From NCBI GenBank assembly GCA_903859795.1, contig CAIOOC010000596.1, positions 1 through 27,993 on the forward strand: a stretch of DNA of 27,993 bases, in the 5' to 3' direction. Both the position numbers and the translations under genes were made by a program. The stretch is from an uncultured Bacteroidia bacterium. Lineage in GTDB: Bacteria; Bacteroidota; Bacteroidia; Bacteroidales; Prolixibacteraceae. This document shows, piece by piece, positions 1 to 8,079 of this stretch; position 1 is the first letter of the stretch, and each line of letters starts with the position of its first letter. The notes below the pieces were generated by a model. It was not told the origin of the DNA, searched no databases, and saw only the letters and a program-made list of their open reading frames with translations.

Positions 1-1026
1 GAGAAGTTAATCAGTCATTTGTTTGTGCTAAATGAAGGAATCGGTTTTTTCTCGGCCGATAAACAGGCAATTCTGAACAACAGTCATTTTGTTTTTTACG
101 TGAATATTATTTCAGAAGAGACAACTGTAGCGTTGGAACACATCTTCCTCGCCGAAGAGTTTCATCAGGTAAACATGTTTATTGATCAAACTTTAGCAGA
201 CAATACAACTTTCCAGTTGAACGAACTGCCACGAATTGAATATTCCATTCAAAAGGATAAGTATCACTTTCAAATTCAGTGCATTATTTTCCCTGACAAA
301 AGTTTTGAGATTCTTATCTCCGACCAGACTCAGCTGATGCGCAGAAGTATTATGAAGCAACAAATCACCTCAAATATTTCACACGAACTTAAGACTCCTA
401 TTTCGTCGGTAAAAGGGTATCTCGAAACTGTCTTGAACAATCCTGACCTGGAATTAAGTAAACAACACTATTTTATCGAAAAGGCATACAATCAATCTGA
501 GAGGCTCACTCAATTGGTGAATGATATCTCACTTTTAAACAAAATTGAGGAATATTCGGAGCTTTATACAAGGGAAAAGGTACAGATAAAAAGGGTTATA
601 AATGAGACGATTGAAAGCTTTAATGATCAGATCAGGCAAAAGAATATACAAATCGAGTGCCCTATCGAAGATGATGTGATAATCAATGCGAACCACTCAC
701 TGATTTTCTCAGTATTCCGAAATCTTATGGAAAACTCGGTAAATTACGGAGGTGAAAACATCACTATTTCGATTACCAGGTACCACGAAGATAATGCGTT
801 TTACTATTTTTCATTTTCGGATAATGGGCCGGGGGTTGAAGACGAACACTTGTCGAGACTTTTTGAACGGTTTTACAGGGTCGATTCTGGTCGTTCACGC
901 AAGGAAGGGGGCACCGGTTTGGGACTTGCCATTGTGAAAAATGCCATTTTAAGTTTCAAGGGAGAGATCTCAGCCCGTAAAAAGAAAGATGGTGGACTTG
1001 AGTTCTTGTTCTCGCTGCCGAGATAG
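1..1026 (+). CDS. Two-component sensor histidine kinase, PhoR-like (5'-truncated by window edge)
   Basis: Frame is open from base 1 (EKLISHLFVLNEG...). H-box SNISHELKTPISSVKGYLET, N-box VFRNLMENSVNY, G1 DNGPG, F-box LFERFYR, G2 GTGLGL. Confidence 0.9.
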   Translation, partial: EKLISHLFVLNEGIGFFSADKQAILNNSHFVFYVNIISEETTVALEHIFLAEEFHQVNMFIDQTLADNTTFQLNELPRIEYSIQKDKYHFQIQCIIFPDKSFEILISDQTQLMRRSIMKQQITSNISHELKTPISSVKGYLETVLNNPDLELSKQHYFIEKAYNQSERLTQLVNDISLLNKIEEYSELYTREKVQIKRVINETIESFNDQIRQKNIQIECPIEDDVIINANHSLIFSVFRNLMENSVNYGGENITISITRYHEDNAFYYFSFSDNGPGVEDEHLSRLFERFYRVDSGRSRKEGGTGLGLAIVKNAILSFKGEISARKKKDGGLEFLFSLPR

Positions 1027-1032
1027 GCAGCG

Positions 1033-1088
1033 TAAGTAAGGGCATAGTAAGGGCGTAAAATTTTACGCCCTTACTATGCCCTTACTTA
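1033..1088. repeat. Perfect 56-bp palindrome between convergent genes; REP-like, probable bidirectional terminator
   Basis: taagtaagggcatagtaagggcgtaaaa (1033-1060) is the exact reverse complement of ttttacgcccttactatgcccttactta (1061-1088). It lies between the kinase stop (1026) and the glyQS stop (1099). Confidence 0.9.
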
Positions 1089-1098
1089 GAGAATGCTT

Positions 1099-2655
1099 TT
1101 ACGGTTTTAACTGGGTAAATAATTTTCTGAAACCTACCTGGTTAAGGATTATGTCGCGCAGCAGGCTGATATTCACCCGTTCCTGCAGCATCGTGTCGCG
1201 ATAACGGATAGTCACGGTGTTGTCGCCGGCAGTCTCATGGTCGACAGTCACACAGAATGGTGTACCAATCGCATCCTGTCTGCGGTAACGTTTACCGATT
1301 GAGTCTTTTTCGTCGTATTGGCAGTTAAAATCGAATTTCAACTCTTCAATGATTTCCCGGGCTTTTTCGGGCAGGCCATCCTTTTTGATCAATGGCATTA
1401 CTGCAAGTTTAACAGGAGCAAGGGGTGCAGGGAGTCGCAATACTACACGCGTATCTTTTTGTCCATTGGCATCATCAACAATCTCCTCGTGGTATGCTGC
1501 CGAGATGATCTGCAGGAACATTCGATCTACACCTATGGATGTCTCCACAACATAAGGGACATACGATTCGTTAAGCTCAGGGTCGAAATACTGTATTTTT
1601 TTACCGGAGAATTTCTGGTGTTGCGACAAGTCATAGTCGGTACGGGAGTGTATACCTTCAACTTCCTTAAAACCAAAGGGAAACTTGTATTCGATATCAA
1701 CTGCTGCATTGGCGTAATGGGCGAGTTTTTCGTGCTCGTGAAAACGGTAATTCTCGTTTCCAAAACCCAGGGCCTGGTGCCATTTGATCCTAAGTTGTTT
1801 CCATTTTTCAAACCATTCAAGTTCAGTGCCTGGACGTACAAAAAACTGGAGTTCCATCTGCTCAAATTCACGCATTCGGAAGATAAACTGCCGTGCGACA
1901 ATCTCGTTGCGGAAAGCTTTCCCGATCTGGGCAATACCAAAGGGAATTTTCATTCGGCCCGATTTCTGGACGTTCATATAGTTCACAAAGATTCCCTGTG
2001 CCGTTTCAGGACGCAGGTAAATCTTCAGGGCACCGTCGGCGGTCGAGCCCATGTCGGTTGAGAACATCAGGTTGAACTGGCGTACCTCTGTCCAGTTTCG
2101 TGTACCTGAGATGGGGCAGACAATTTCCTGGTCTTCGATAATCTGTTTCAATTCCGCGAGGTCACTGTTATTCAGGGCTTCTGCAAAACGGTTATGGAGA
2201 TCATCCCATTTACTCTGAGACTCAAGCACCCGGGCGTTGGTAGCACGGAACTGCCCCTCGTCAAAGCTTTCACCAAAACGTCCTTTTGCTTTTTCAACTT
2301 CCTTTTCGATCTTCGCTTCAATCTTTGCAAGCTGCTCTTCGATGAGCACGTCAGCGCGGTATCTTTTTTTCGAGTCGCGGTTATCGATGAGCGGGTCGTT
2401 AAATGCATCGACATGGCCGGACGCCTTCCAAATGGTAGGATGCATAAATATTGCGGAGTCAATTCCGACTATATTTTCATGAAGCAGGACCATTGAGTCC
2501 CACCAGTATTTTTTGATGTTGTTCTTCAGTTCAACGCCGTATTGACCGTAATCATAAACTGCGCCTAATCCGTCGTAAATCTCGCTCGAAGGGAATACGT
2601 AGCCGTATTCTTTACAGTGAGCTATCAGCTTTTTAAATAAATCTTCCTGAGCCAT
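1099..2655 (-). CDS. glyQS: Glycine--tRNA ligase (homodimeric alpha2 type)
   Basis: N-terminal FPSSEIYDGLGAVYDYG, WKASGHVDAFNDP, YLRPETAQGIF, motif 2 FRNEI...FIFRMREFEQME, anticodon domain SIGKRYRRQDAIGTPFCVTVD. Confidence 0.97.
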   Translation of the reverse strand: MAQEDLFKKLIAHCKEYGYVFPSSEIYDGLGAVYDYGQYGVELKNNIKKYWWDSMVLLHENIVGIDSAIFMHPTIWKASGHVDAFNDPLIDNRDSKKRYRADVLIEEQLAKIEAKIEKEVEKAKGRFGESFDEGQFRATNARVLESQSKWDDLHNRFAEALNNSDLAELKQIIEDQEIVCPISGTRNWTEVRQFNLMFSTDMGSTADGALKIYLRPETAQGIFVNYMNVQKSGRMKIPFGIAQIGKAFRNEIVARQFIFRMREFEQMELQFFVRPGTELEWFEKWKQLRIKWHQALGFGNENYRFHEHEKLAHYANAAVDIEYKFPFGFKEVEGIHSRTDYDLSQHQKFSGKKIQYFDPELNESYVPYVVETSIGVDRMFLQIISAAYHEEIVDDANGQKDTRVVLRLPAPLAPVKLAVMPLIKKDGLPEKAREIIEELKFDFNCQYDEKDSIGKRYRRQDAIGTPFCVTVDHETAGDNTVTIRYRDTMLQERVNISLLRDIILNQVGFRKLFTQLKP

Positions 2656-2688
2656 AAAAGTAGTCTGTGGAGTAAAATTGTACTCCGG

Positions 2689-2979
2689 TTATTTTTTATC
2701 ATCGATCTCCTCGAATTCGATATAGTCACCGTCTTTGCGTCCGAATTGTTTCGGTTTTTTATTGGAGAAGTCGATTGTCATATCCCCTTTTCGCACTGTA
2801 CGGCCCTGGTTTTGAGCACTGGACCTGTTCTGCATATCCTGGTAAATCTTATTGGCTGCGTTATCAACGACTCTGGGGGCGATAATACGAATCAGAAATT
2901 TAAATCCGTAATAAACCACCAGGAGAATCATCAACAGGTCGAAAAACGAGACAATATTAAGGAGTATAAAGAGTTCCAT
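2689..2979 (-). CDS. DUF4834-like small membrane protein
   Basis: Hydrophobic N-terminus followed by a C-terminal GDYIEFEEI motif typical of this Bacteroidota family. The start is placed at ATG 2979 because the longer ORF start (3006) falls inside the predicted -7 promoter element. Confidence 0.75.
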   Translation of the reverse strand: MELFILLNIVSFFDLLMILLVVYYGFKFLIRIIAPRVVDNAANKIYQDMQNRSSAQNQGRTVRKGDMTIDFSNKKPKQFGRKDGDYIEFEEIDDKK

Positions 2980-3003
2980 TGTTGTTGATTTTGATAATCG
3001 ATG

Positions 3004-3011
3004 CAAAAGTA
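3004..3011 (-). promoter_or_regulatory. Bacteroidota sigma-70 -7 element (TAnnTTTG) for DUF4834-glyQS
   Basis: caaaagta on + reads TACTTTTG on -, about 25 nt upstream of ATG 2979. Confidence 0.6.
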
Positions 3012-3209
3012 AGAAATTTTCCGGAGTAATTTAAAAGTAATTCTTGATTCCAATGGACTCAAACGATTCGACTTAGGGTCGTTAAAAACAACAAGCACTT
3101 GTCCCCTCCCCAACGGATCGTAGCAGTCCATTACCTGTTTGAACAAACGAGGGGAAAGTGCCAATTTGAGGTTTGTTACTTACTTTATTGAAGTTCACAA
3201 TAATTTAAG

Positions 3210-3334
3210 GATTGCTTCGTCCTCGTACCTGGGAACTCCAATGACGCCATTATTATTGGATTAGCGGGATTGTAGTTGGCGGCTCCTCCTTTTTTTAGAA
3301 TACGACGCGTCATTGTAAGCGCAGCGAAGCAATC
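3210..3334. repeat. Degenerate CGTC-type REP/MITE-like inverted repeat
   Basis: gattgcttcg (3210-3219) pairs with cgaagcaatc (3325-3334), and caatgacgc (3239-3247) pairs with gcgtcattg (3307-3315). This resembles the CGTCATTGCGAG...GAAGCAATC repeat family. Confidence 0.65.
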
Positions 3335-3415
3335 TTTTATATCCGGAACGCTTAATATTTAATGCCTTCAGCAAAGCAATCTGTTAACTCTTAATTGTTT
3401 TGAATTTAACGCGAC

Positions 3416-6187
3416 CTACTTCACCTCGTAATTAAATAGTTCCCCATCCGCGGTTCCAGTGACAAGGCTAAACGAATCGTTATTGTTGCCGTTGAATGTT
3501 AAGGAAAACGGAGAATTCCCTTCCAGAGGAAAACCATCGCGGGTAGTGCCATCGGAGTTAAACAGATAGATCTTATTCTCAACGGCATCGGCGACACCAA
3601 TTTTCAGGCTTTTATCTGGAAATGTAAAGATTTGAGGCGGGAAGCCAATGGGATGATTGAATTTATGCGCGAAAATCCTTTTCGACTGACGGTCAAAAGC
3701 AATCAGTGAATCACCATCCAAAATAATAGCAAGGCGCTTATCATCAGATTCTGATTTCTCGCAAATAAAGTGGTGATCGACTGAAAAGTTTCCGGCCGTC
3801 TGCTTTTTTATCGTCCCGTCGAAGCCAACGGTAATAATAACTCCTTTTGAATCGGTGGAAATCAGGCTTGCTCTGCTTTTCCCAGACTTCGGTACAAGCG
3901 TAAATCCGTTTTTCGAGAAGGTATAATTGGCTTTAATATTAACGATCGGTTTTCCTTTCCTGTCAAGCATATATAATCGGTTTTTATCGGCAAAGACAAT
4001 ATAATCTTTGTTTTCAATCCGAAAGAACTGAACCGGCATTGGGACAGTGTGTTCACTTTTTGGCGGGTTCCAGCCGGTCACGATTTTCCCTTTTTTATCG
4101 TAGAGGTAAACTTTATGATCTTTACAAGCCACAAAAAACCTGTAATCCATGGTGTGATCATAATCAGCAACAGAAACACCATTAGTTGCAGAGGATTGAA
4201 GTCTTACCGGGAAATTAGGGAGGTATTTTCCTTCCTGACTGACCAAATGCAACGCGTCAGTTGTGCTGAAAAAGTACTGAATCTGGCCGTTCTTTTTACT
4301 GTCAAGCTGAAATATTTCACTGGTTATTGCACTTTTTAGCTTGATTTTCCAAACTTCTCGCCCATCGGGGGTGGTCCGGAGCAAATTTAAATCACCAACC
4401 TGAACGAGTATCCCGGGGTTGGATTTTTTTGATGATCGGGTGACAATTAAAGGTTTTGTAATCACAGGACCTCCAAGGTGGCTCTTCCATAGTAATGAGG
4501 CAGGGTTTTCCTTAACATCAGGGTTAAATTTCAGTCTGGCCATGTTGTAAATCATTCCATGCTCGTTGGTGATCTGCCATCCCAAAGATTCTATAGTCAT
4601 CAGTATTTTTTGCTTTTTTTGGACGCTGGAATAAGTATCATCTTCAATCATATCCTTGAAGAAAGGTATTGATTTGCCCGGGGAACACCAAATATATATG
4701 TTGAGTTTGTCGGATAAACCCATCGAGAACTTTCGATATATTTTGTCGTTGGTTAAAGTCTCATGTAATGTATTAGCTCTCAGGAATCTTCCCAGCGATT
4801 CAAAGGTGGGTCCAAGAATCAGGCAGTTGTCATAAAAAGTGTAATAATTAGTTACCACATCGGCAAATATCTCTCCAAAGACCCGTTTTCCCAGATCATT
4901 TACTGGAGCTTGATAGATTTTGAAACTGGTCTCCTGATCGATTTTGTATTCCGTATAATTTTTAGGCTTATCTCTTTTTCTAAGACCAGGAATCTGAATC
5001 GCTAACGGTGCAAAGGCGTCCTCAACCTGACTTGCGCTATTCACCCTTATGACCAGGTATTTATTCGCGATAGGAATATCCTTATCGGGACGTGTTAGGA
5101 CCAGGGCAGCTGACCCATCCAGATGATCTGTCATGATCTTTTGGAGGTTTACACCATAAACGGAATCGATCTCACTGAGTGATTTTTGATGATCCCCCAA
5201 ACAGTTTTCAGAAGCAAGAAGGTGCTCGTAATCTCTGAAAAACCTGATATTATCGTTAATTACATAACTTAGGAAGAAGGAGGTCTCTGCCGGAATAACA
5301 TGAGCCAGTCCGAAAGAATCGGGTTGCTGATGCAGGAAGAGTCCCAGGTAGTTATTAAGAGAGTCGTTAGTGAAACTGAAACCGTTCATGATCAGCTCAT
5401 CAGCTTTTTGGGTCAGATCAATTTCAGACCATTCCGCAAGTGGAACAGCCCCCTTAAACCGGTCTTGAAAGACATTTGAAAAGAGTTTTTTTGCAAATTG
5501 AGGTAGTTTTTTATGGTTTAGAAAGATGCGCGCATCACTATTATTTTCTGCACTCTTGTACGTTTTTCCAAAAACCGGGTTGTCGGGTAAGGAAGGATTT
5601 TCGAGTCTTGACAACGATTGTTCAAGAAATTTGAGGTCATTACTTCCAATGAACAGACCATGAAAAAAGGATAGGTAATAAACGTTTAAAGTTTTAGTTT
5701 CATGCCATGAAAAAGACGTGATTTCAGCTTCGCCAAACCTGATTTTCACTGATGATGCACCTTTTGTGCTGAAGTACTTGCCTGTCAAAGCAACTAATGC
5801 ACTTTTCTCAGAGAGACTTCCCAGTTCAACGATAGAGAGCCAAAAAAATTGATCATCTTTTTCGTTGATAACGGTCGTTAAACCTTTATCTGTAAGTGAA
5901 TTGTTCTGAGATTCAGAGACCTTCAGCAATGAATCGGCAAAACTAAGTTTGTGGTAAAAATCCTCGATTCCAGGAAATTTGGAGAAAGTTTTCCATATTG
6001 GATTGTTCAGAGAACCCAAAGTATAATTCCTCAGGTTATCTATCCTGACTATTATTGCACCATTTTCCGGAATTGCCTTGAAAGCTGAGGTGCCCAGGAA
6101 TTTAGATTCGCGTGTAAAAATAAACCAACCCGCGAAGAGGCTGGCAATCAATAGTATCGTTATACCTACTAAAATCTTTTTACCCAT
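3416..6187 (-). CDS. Large N-terminally membrane-anchored protein, DUF3352-like, with probable C-terminal beta-propeller
   Basis: 923-aa ORF with an N-terminal TM segment (ILVGITILLIASLFAGWFIF). The C-terminal third has repeated blade-like motifs (VYLYDKKGK, LYMLDRKGK, IYLFNSDG..DGFP). The family call is from recall, not a search. Confidence 0.65.
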   Translation of the reverse strand: MGKKILVGITILLIASLFAGWFIFTRESKFLGTSAFKAIPENGAIIVRIDNLRNYTLGSLNNPIWKTFSKFPGIEDFYHKLSFADSLLKVSESQNNSLTDKGLTTVINEKDDQFFWLSIVELGSLSEKSALVALTGKYFSTKGASSVKIRFGEAEITSFSWHETKTLNVYYLSFFHGLFIGSNDLKFLEQSLSRLENPSLPDNPVFGKTYKSAENNSDARIFLNHKKLPQFAKKLFSNVFQDRFKGAVPLAEWSEIDLTQKADELIMNGFSFTNDSLNNYLGLFLHQQPDSFGLAHVIPAETSFFLSYVINDNIRFFRDYEHLLASENCLGDHQKSLSEIDSVYGVNLQKIMTDHLDGSAALVLTRPDKDIPIANKYLVIRVNSASQVEDAFAPLAIQIPGLRKRDKPKNYTEYKIDQETSFKIYQAPVNDLGKRVFGEIFADVVTNYYTFYDNCLILGPTFESLGRFLRANTLHETLTNDKIYRKFSMGLSDKLNIYIWCSPGKSIPFFKDMIEDDTYSSVQKKQKILMTIESLGWQITNEHGMIYNMARLKFNPDVKENPASLLWKSHLGGPVITKPLIVTRSSKKSNPGILVQVGDLNLLRTTPDGREVWKIKLKSAITSEIFQLDSKKNGQIQYFFSTTDALHLVSQEGKYLPNFPVRLQSSATNGVSVADYDHTMDYRFFVACKDHKVYLYDKKGKIVTGWNPPKSEHTVPMPVQFFRIENKDYIVFADKNRLYMLDRKGKPIVNIKANYTFSKNGFTLVPKSGKSRASLISTDSKGVIITVGFDGTIKKQTAGNFSVDHHFICEKSESDDKRLAIILDGDSLIAFDRQSKRIFAHKFNHPIGFPPQIFTFPDKSLKIGVADAVENKIYLFNSDGTTRDGFPLEGNSPFSLTFNGNNNDSFSLVTGTADGELFNYEVK

Positions 6188-6385
6188 CAGGCCGGAAAGC
6201 TTTTGGTTTTGGAATTGAGGGGTAAATATAGTTTTTTAACAGTAAATTATAGTTCAGGGGTGGAGAAATTTTCTTGGTCACTTCCATTGCTCGTAATTTT
6301 GAGTTGCAGATCCTTTCCATCCGAAATTAGGGAATAAGCTTTTTTTGAGTTTCGAGCGAGGACGTTTGTGCGCAGTGGTTCGGCT

Positions 6386-6465
6386 ACCCCGGGTGGCAGT
6401 TTACAACCTGACCAGGGGTTATTAATATTTGGCCCTTTCAGGGCGCTGATATCGTGAATATTAAT
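6386..6465. repeat. Degenerate REP-like double hairpin
   Basis: accccgggt (6386-6394) pairs with accaggggt (6411-6419). gccct-ttc-agggc (6432-6444) forms a hairpin. attaatatt (6421-6429) pairs with aatattaat (6457-6465). Confidence 0.5.
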
Positions 6466-6521
6466 ATTTTTTCGATACAATCAAAATTATTAATTCGTCC
6501 GAAAAACTGTTTACTTTTAAC

Positions 6522-6576
6522 TTCATAATCCTGTTTTTAGTTTACTTCTTCTGTAAACCTATTTCAGGACTAGTCA
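6522..6576 (-). mobile_element. Putative IS3-family left-end remnant (copy A)
   Basis: Minus strand reads TGACTAGTCCTGAAATAGGTTTACAGAAGAAGTAAACTAAAAACAGGATTATGAA, with 6 mismatches against 9604-9658. It starts with TG, and the ATG opens MKLKVNSFSDEL..., reminiscent of an OrfA N-terminus. The IS3 assignment is an inference. Confidence 0.5.
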
Positions 6577-6700
6577 CCCCTTCGCCCTGTCGCCCTTCGC
6601 CCCTTCGCCCCTTCGCCCCTTCGCCCCTTCGCACCTTCGTTCAGTCGTTCAGTCGTTCAGTCGTTCAGTCGTCCAGTCGTCCCTTCGTCCAGTCGTTTCC
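6577..6700. repeat. Period-8 tandem array (TCGCCCCT block then TCGTTCAG block), about 15 units
   Basis: TCG recurs every 8 nt (one 7-nt unit) from 6582 to 6695, immediately 3' of the U32 stop codon. Confidence 0.95.
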
Positions 6701-6704
6701 TCCC

Positions 6705-7961
6705 CTACTGCGCCTTAAGTTCCGATGCATCCACAAGCCTGTAGATTTTATCTGATCTTCTGAGTTTTGTTCCGATGGCAACAGAGCAAAGATCACCTTT
6801 TGCCGCCTCGCTGACTGACAACAATCCGACCCTGATCTCTTCAACCTTTAACTGGATAACCCCTGTGCTCGGTCCGTTGACAATCATTTCATCCCCGACT
6901 TTCAATCCGCCAGTTTCGAGTTTTATTTCAGCTACTCCAAGGTTTGAAAAATAGTTGGTTACCTTTCCGGTATAGATCTTCTTCTTTGTCGCCAGGGAAC
7001 CATAGTTGGCGCTCCATTCCCCAAGACGCTGCCCAAGGTAGTAGCCATCCCAGAATCCACGGTTAAAGACAGTCGCCAACCGATCGTTCCAAATGGCTAT
7101 TTTATCATCCGTAAAAATGCCATCGCTATAAGCATCAACTGCTTCGTGGTAACATTCAACAACTGTTTTGACATATTCAGGACTGCGGGCACGTCCTTCA
7201 ATCTTCAGAACAGTAACCCCCGAGTCGAGAATCTTATTCAGAAAATGGATGGTCTTGAGATCTTTTGGCGACATAATATATTCATTGTCAACCTCTAATT
7301 CACGCCCTGTCTCCTTGTCGGTCACTACATAGGCCCGCCGGCAAGCCTGCATACAAGAACCACGATTTGCCGAGGAATGGGTCTCGTGAAGCGACAGGTA
7401 ACATTTACCTGAAGTGGCCATGCAAAGTGCGCCGTGAACGAACATCTCGAGCCGCACAAGATTTCCGGAAGGTCCGCAAAGGTTATTTTCCTTTATTTTT
7501 TCGGAGATATTCATCACCCTGCCAAGATTCATCTCACGGGCAAGGACCATGACGTCGGCAAACTGAGCATAAAATTTCACAGCCTCGTAGTTTGTGATGT
7601 TTACCTGTGTTGAGATATGTACCTCGATGCCAAGCTCACGACATTGCTGAATTACTGACATATCTGCTGCAATAACGGCTGAGATTCCGGCTGCGCGCGC
7701 TGCATGCAATACTTCCGAGAGAATCGAAAACTCCTCATCAAAGACTTCCACATTGATGGTAAGGTAAGTTTTGACCCCAGCCTTTTGGCATCTGCTGGCA
7801 ATCTCTTTGAGGTCCTCGAGCGAAAAATTATTTGCCGAGCGCGCCCTCATGTTCAGATGTTCCACCCCAAAATAGACAGAGCCTGCGCCTGCATGAATCG
7901 CCGCCATTAGCGCTTCGTAGGAGCCAACAGGAGCCATTATCTCAATTTCGTCTCTTCTCAT
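6705..7961 (-). CDS. Peptidase U32 family Fe-S protein (TrhP-like, probable prephenate-dependent RNA hydroxylase)
   Basis: EIMAPVGS N-terminus, HISTQ, cysteine motif HGALCMATSGKC...NRGSCMQACR, SPKDL, LKIEGR. Start at ATG 7961 is supported by the -7 promoter element at 7980-7987. Confidence 0.9.
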   Translation of the reverse strand: MRRDEIEIMAPVGSYEALMAAIHAGAGSVYFGVEHLNMRARSANNFSLEDLKEIASRCQKAGVKTYLTINVEVFDEEFSILSEVLHAARAAGISAVIAADMSVIQQCRELGIEVHISTQVNITNYEAVKFYAQFADVMVLAREMNLGRVMNISEKIKENNLCGPSGNLVRLEMFVHGALCMATSGKCYLSLHETHSSANRGSCMQACRRAYVVTDKETGRELEVDNEYIMSPKDLKTIHFLNKILDSGVTVLKIEGRARSPEYVKTVVECYHEAVDAYSDGIFTDDKIAIWNDRLATVFNRGFWDGYYLGQRLGEWSANYGSLATKKKIYTGKVTNYFSNLGVAEIKLETGGLKVGDEMIVNGPSTGVIQLKVEEIRVGLLSVSEAAKGDLCSVAIGTKLRRSDKIYRLVDASELKAQ

Positions 7962-7979
7962 ATTGATATTAAATCTGAA

Positions 7980-7987
7980 CAAAGGTA
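7980..7987 (-). promoter_or_regulatory. -7 promoter element for the U32 gene
   Basis: caaaggta on + reads TACCTTTG on -, matching TAnnTTTG. Confidence 0.6.
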
Positions 7988-8027
7988 CAATTTAGAAGCT
8001 TCGGTGCAAGAATTCAATTTGATTATG

Positions 8028-8035
8028 TATATTTG
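8028..8035 (+). promoter_or_regulatory. -7 promoter element for the GH32 gene
   Basis: TATATTTG matches TAnnTTTG and lies about 45 nt upstream of ATG 8080, back-to-back with the U32 promoter. Confidence 0.55.
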
Positions 8036-8079
8036 GCAACAACTGAATAAATTTCAGAAAACAGTATAATTAATTTAAA

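Noticed and set aside
1318..2061. 247-aa ORF antisense to glyQS, and other antisense or overlapping ORFs within long genes
   Set aside because: Shadow ORFs of well-supported genes with no independent motifs.
2931..3164. 77-aa ORF upstream of the DUF4834-like gene as a leader peptide
   Set aside because: Non-ATG start, spans the predicted promoter and a palindromic element, and is not Gly-rich.
6247..6480. 77-aa minus-strand ORF
   Set aside because: Non-ATG start, runs through REP-like hairpins and has no recognisable motif; likely spurious.
6577..6700. Octamer arrays as a CRISPR array
   Set aside because: Units are 8 nt with no unique spacers, and there are no cas genes in the window.
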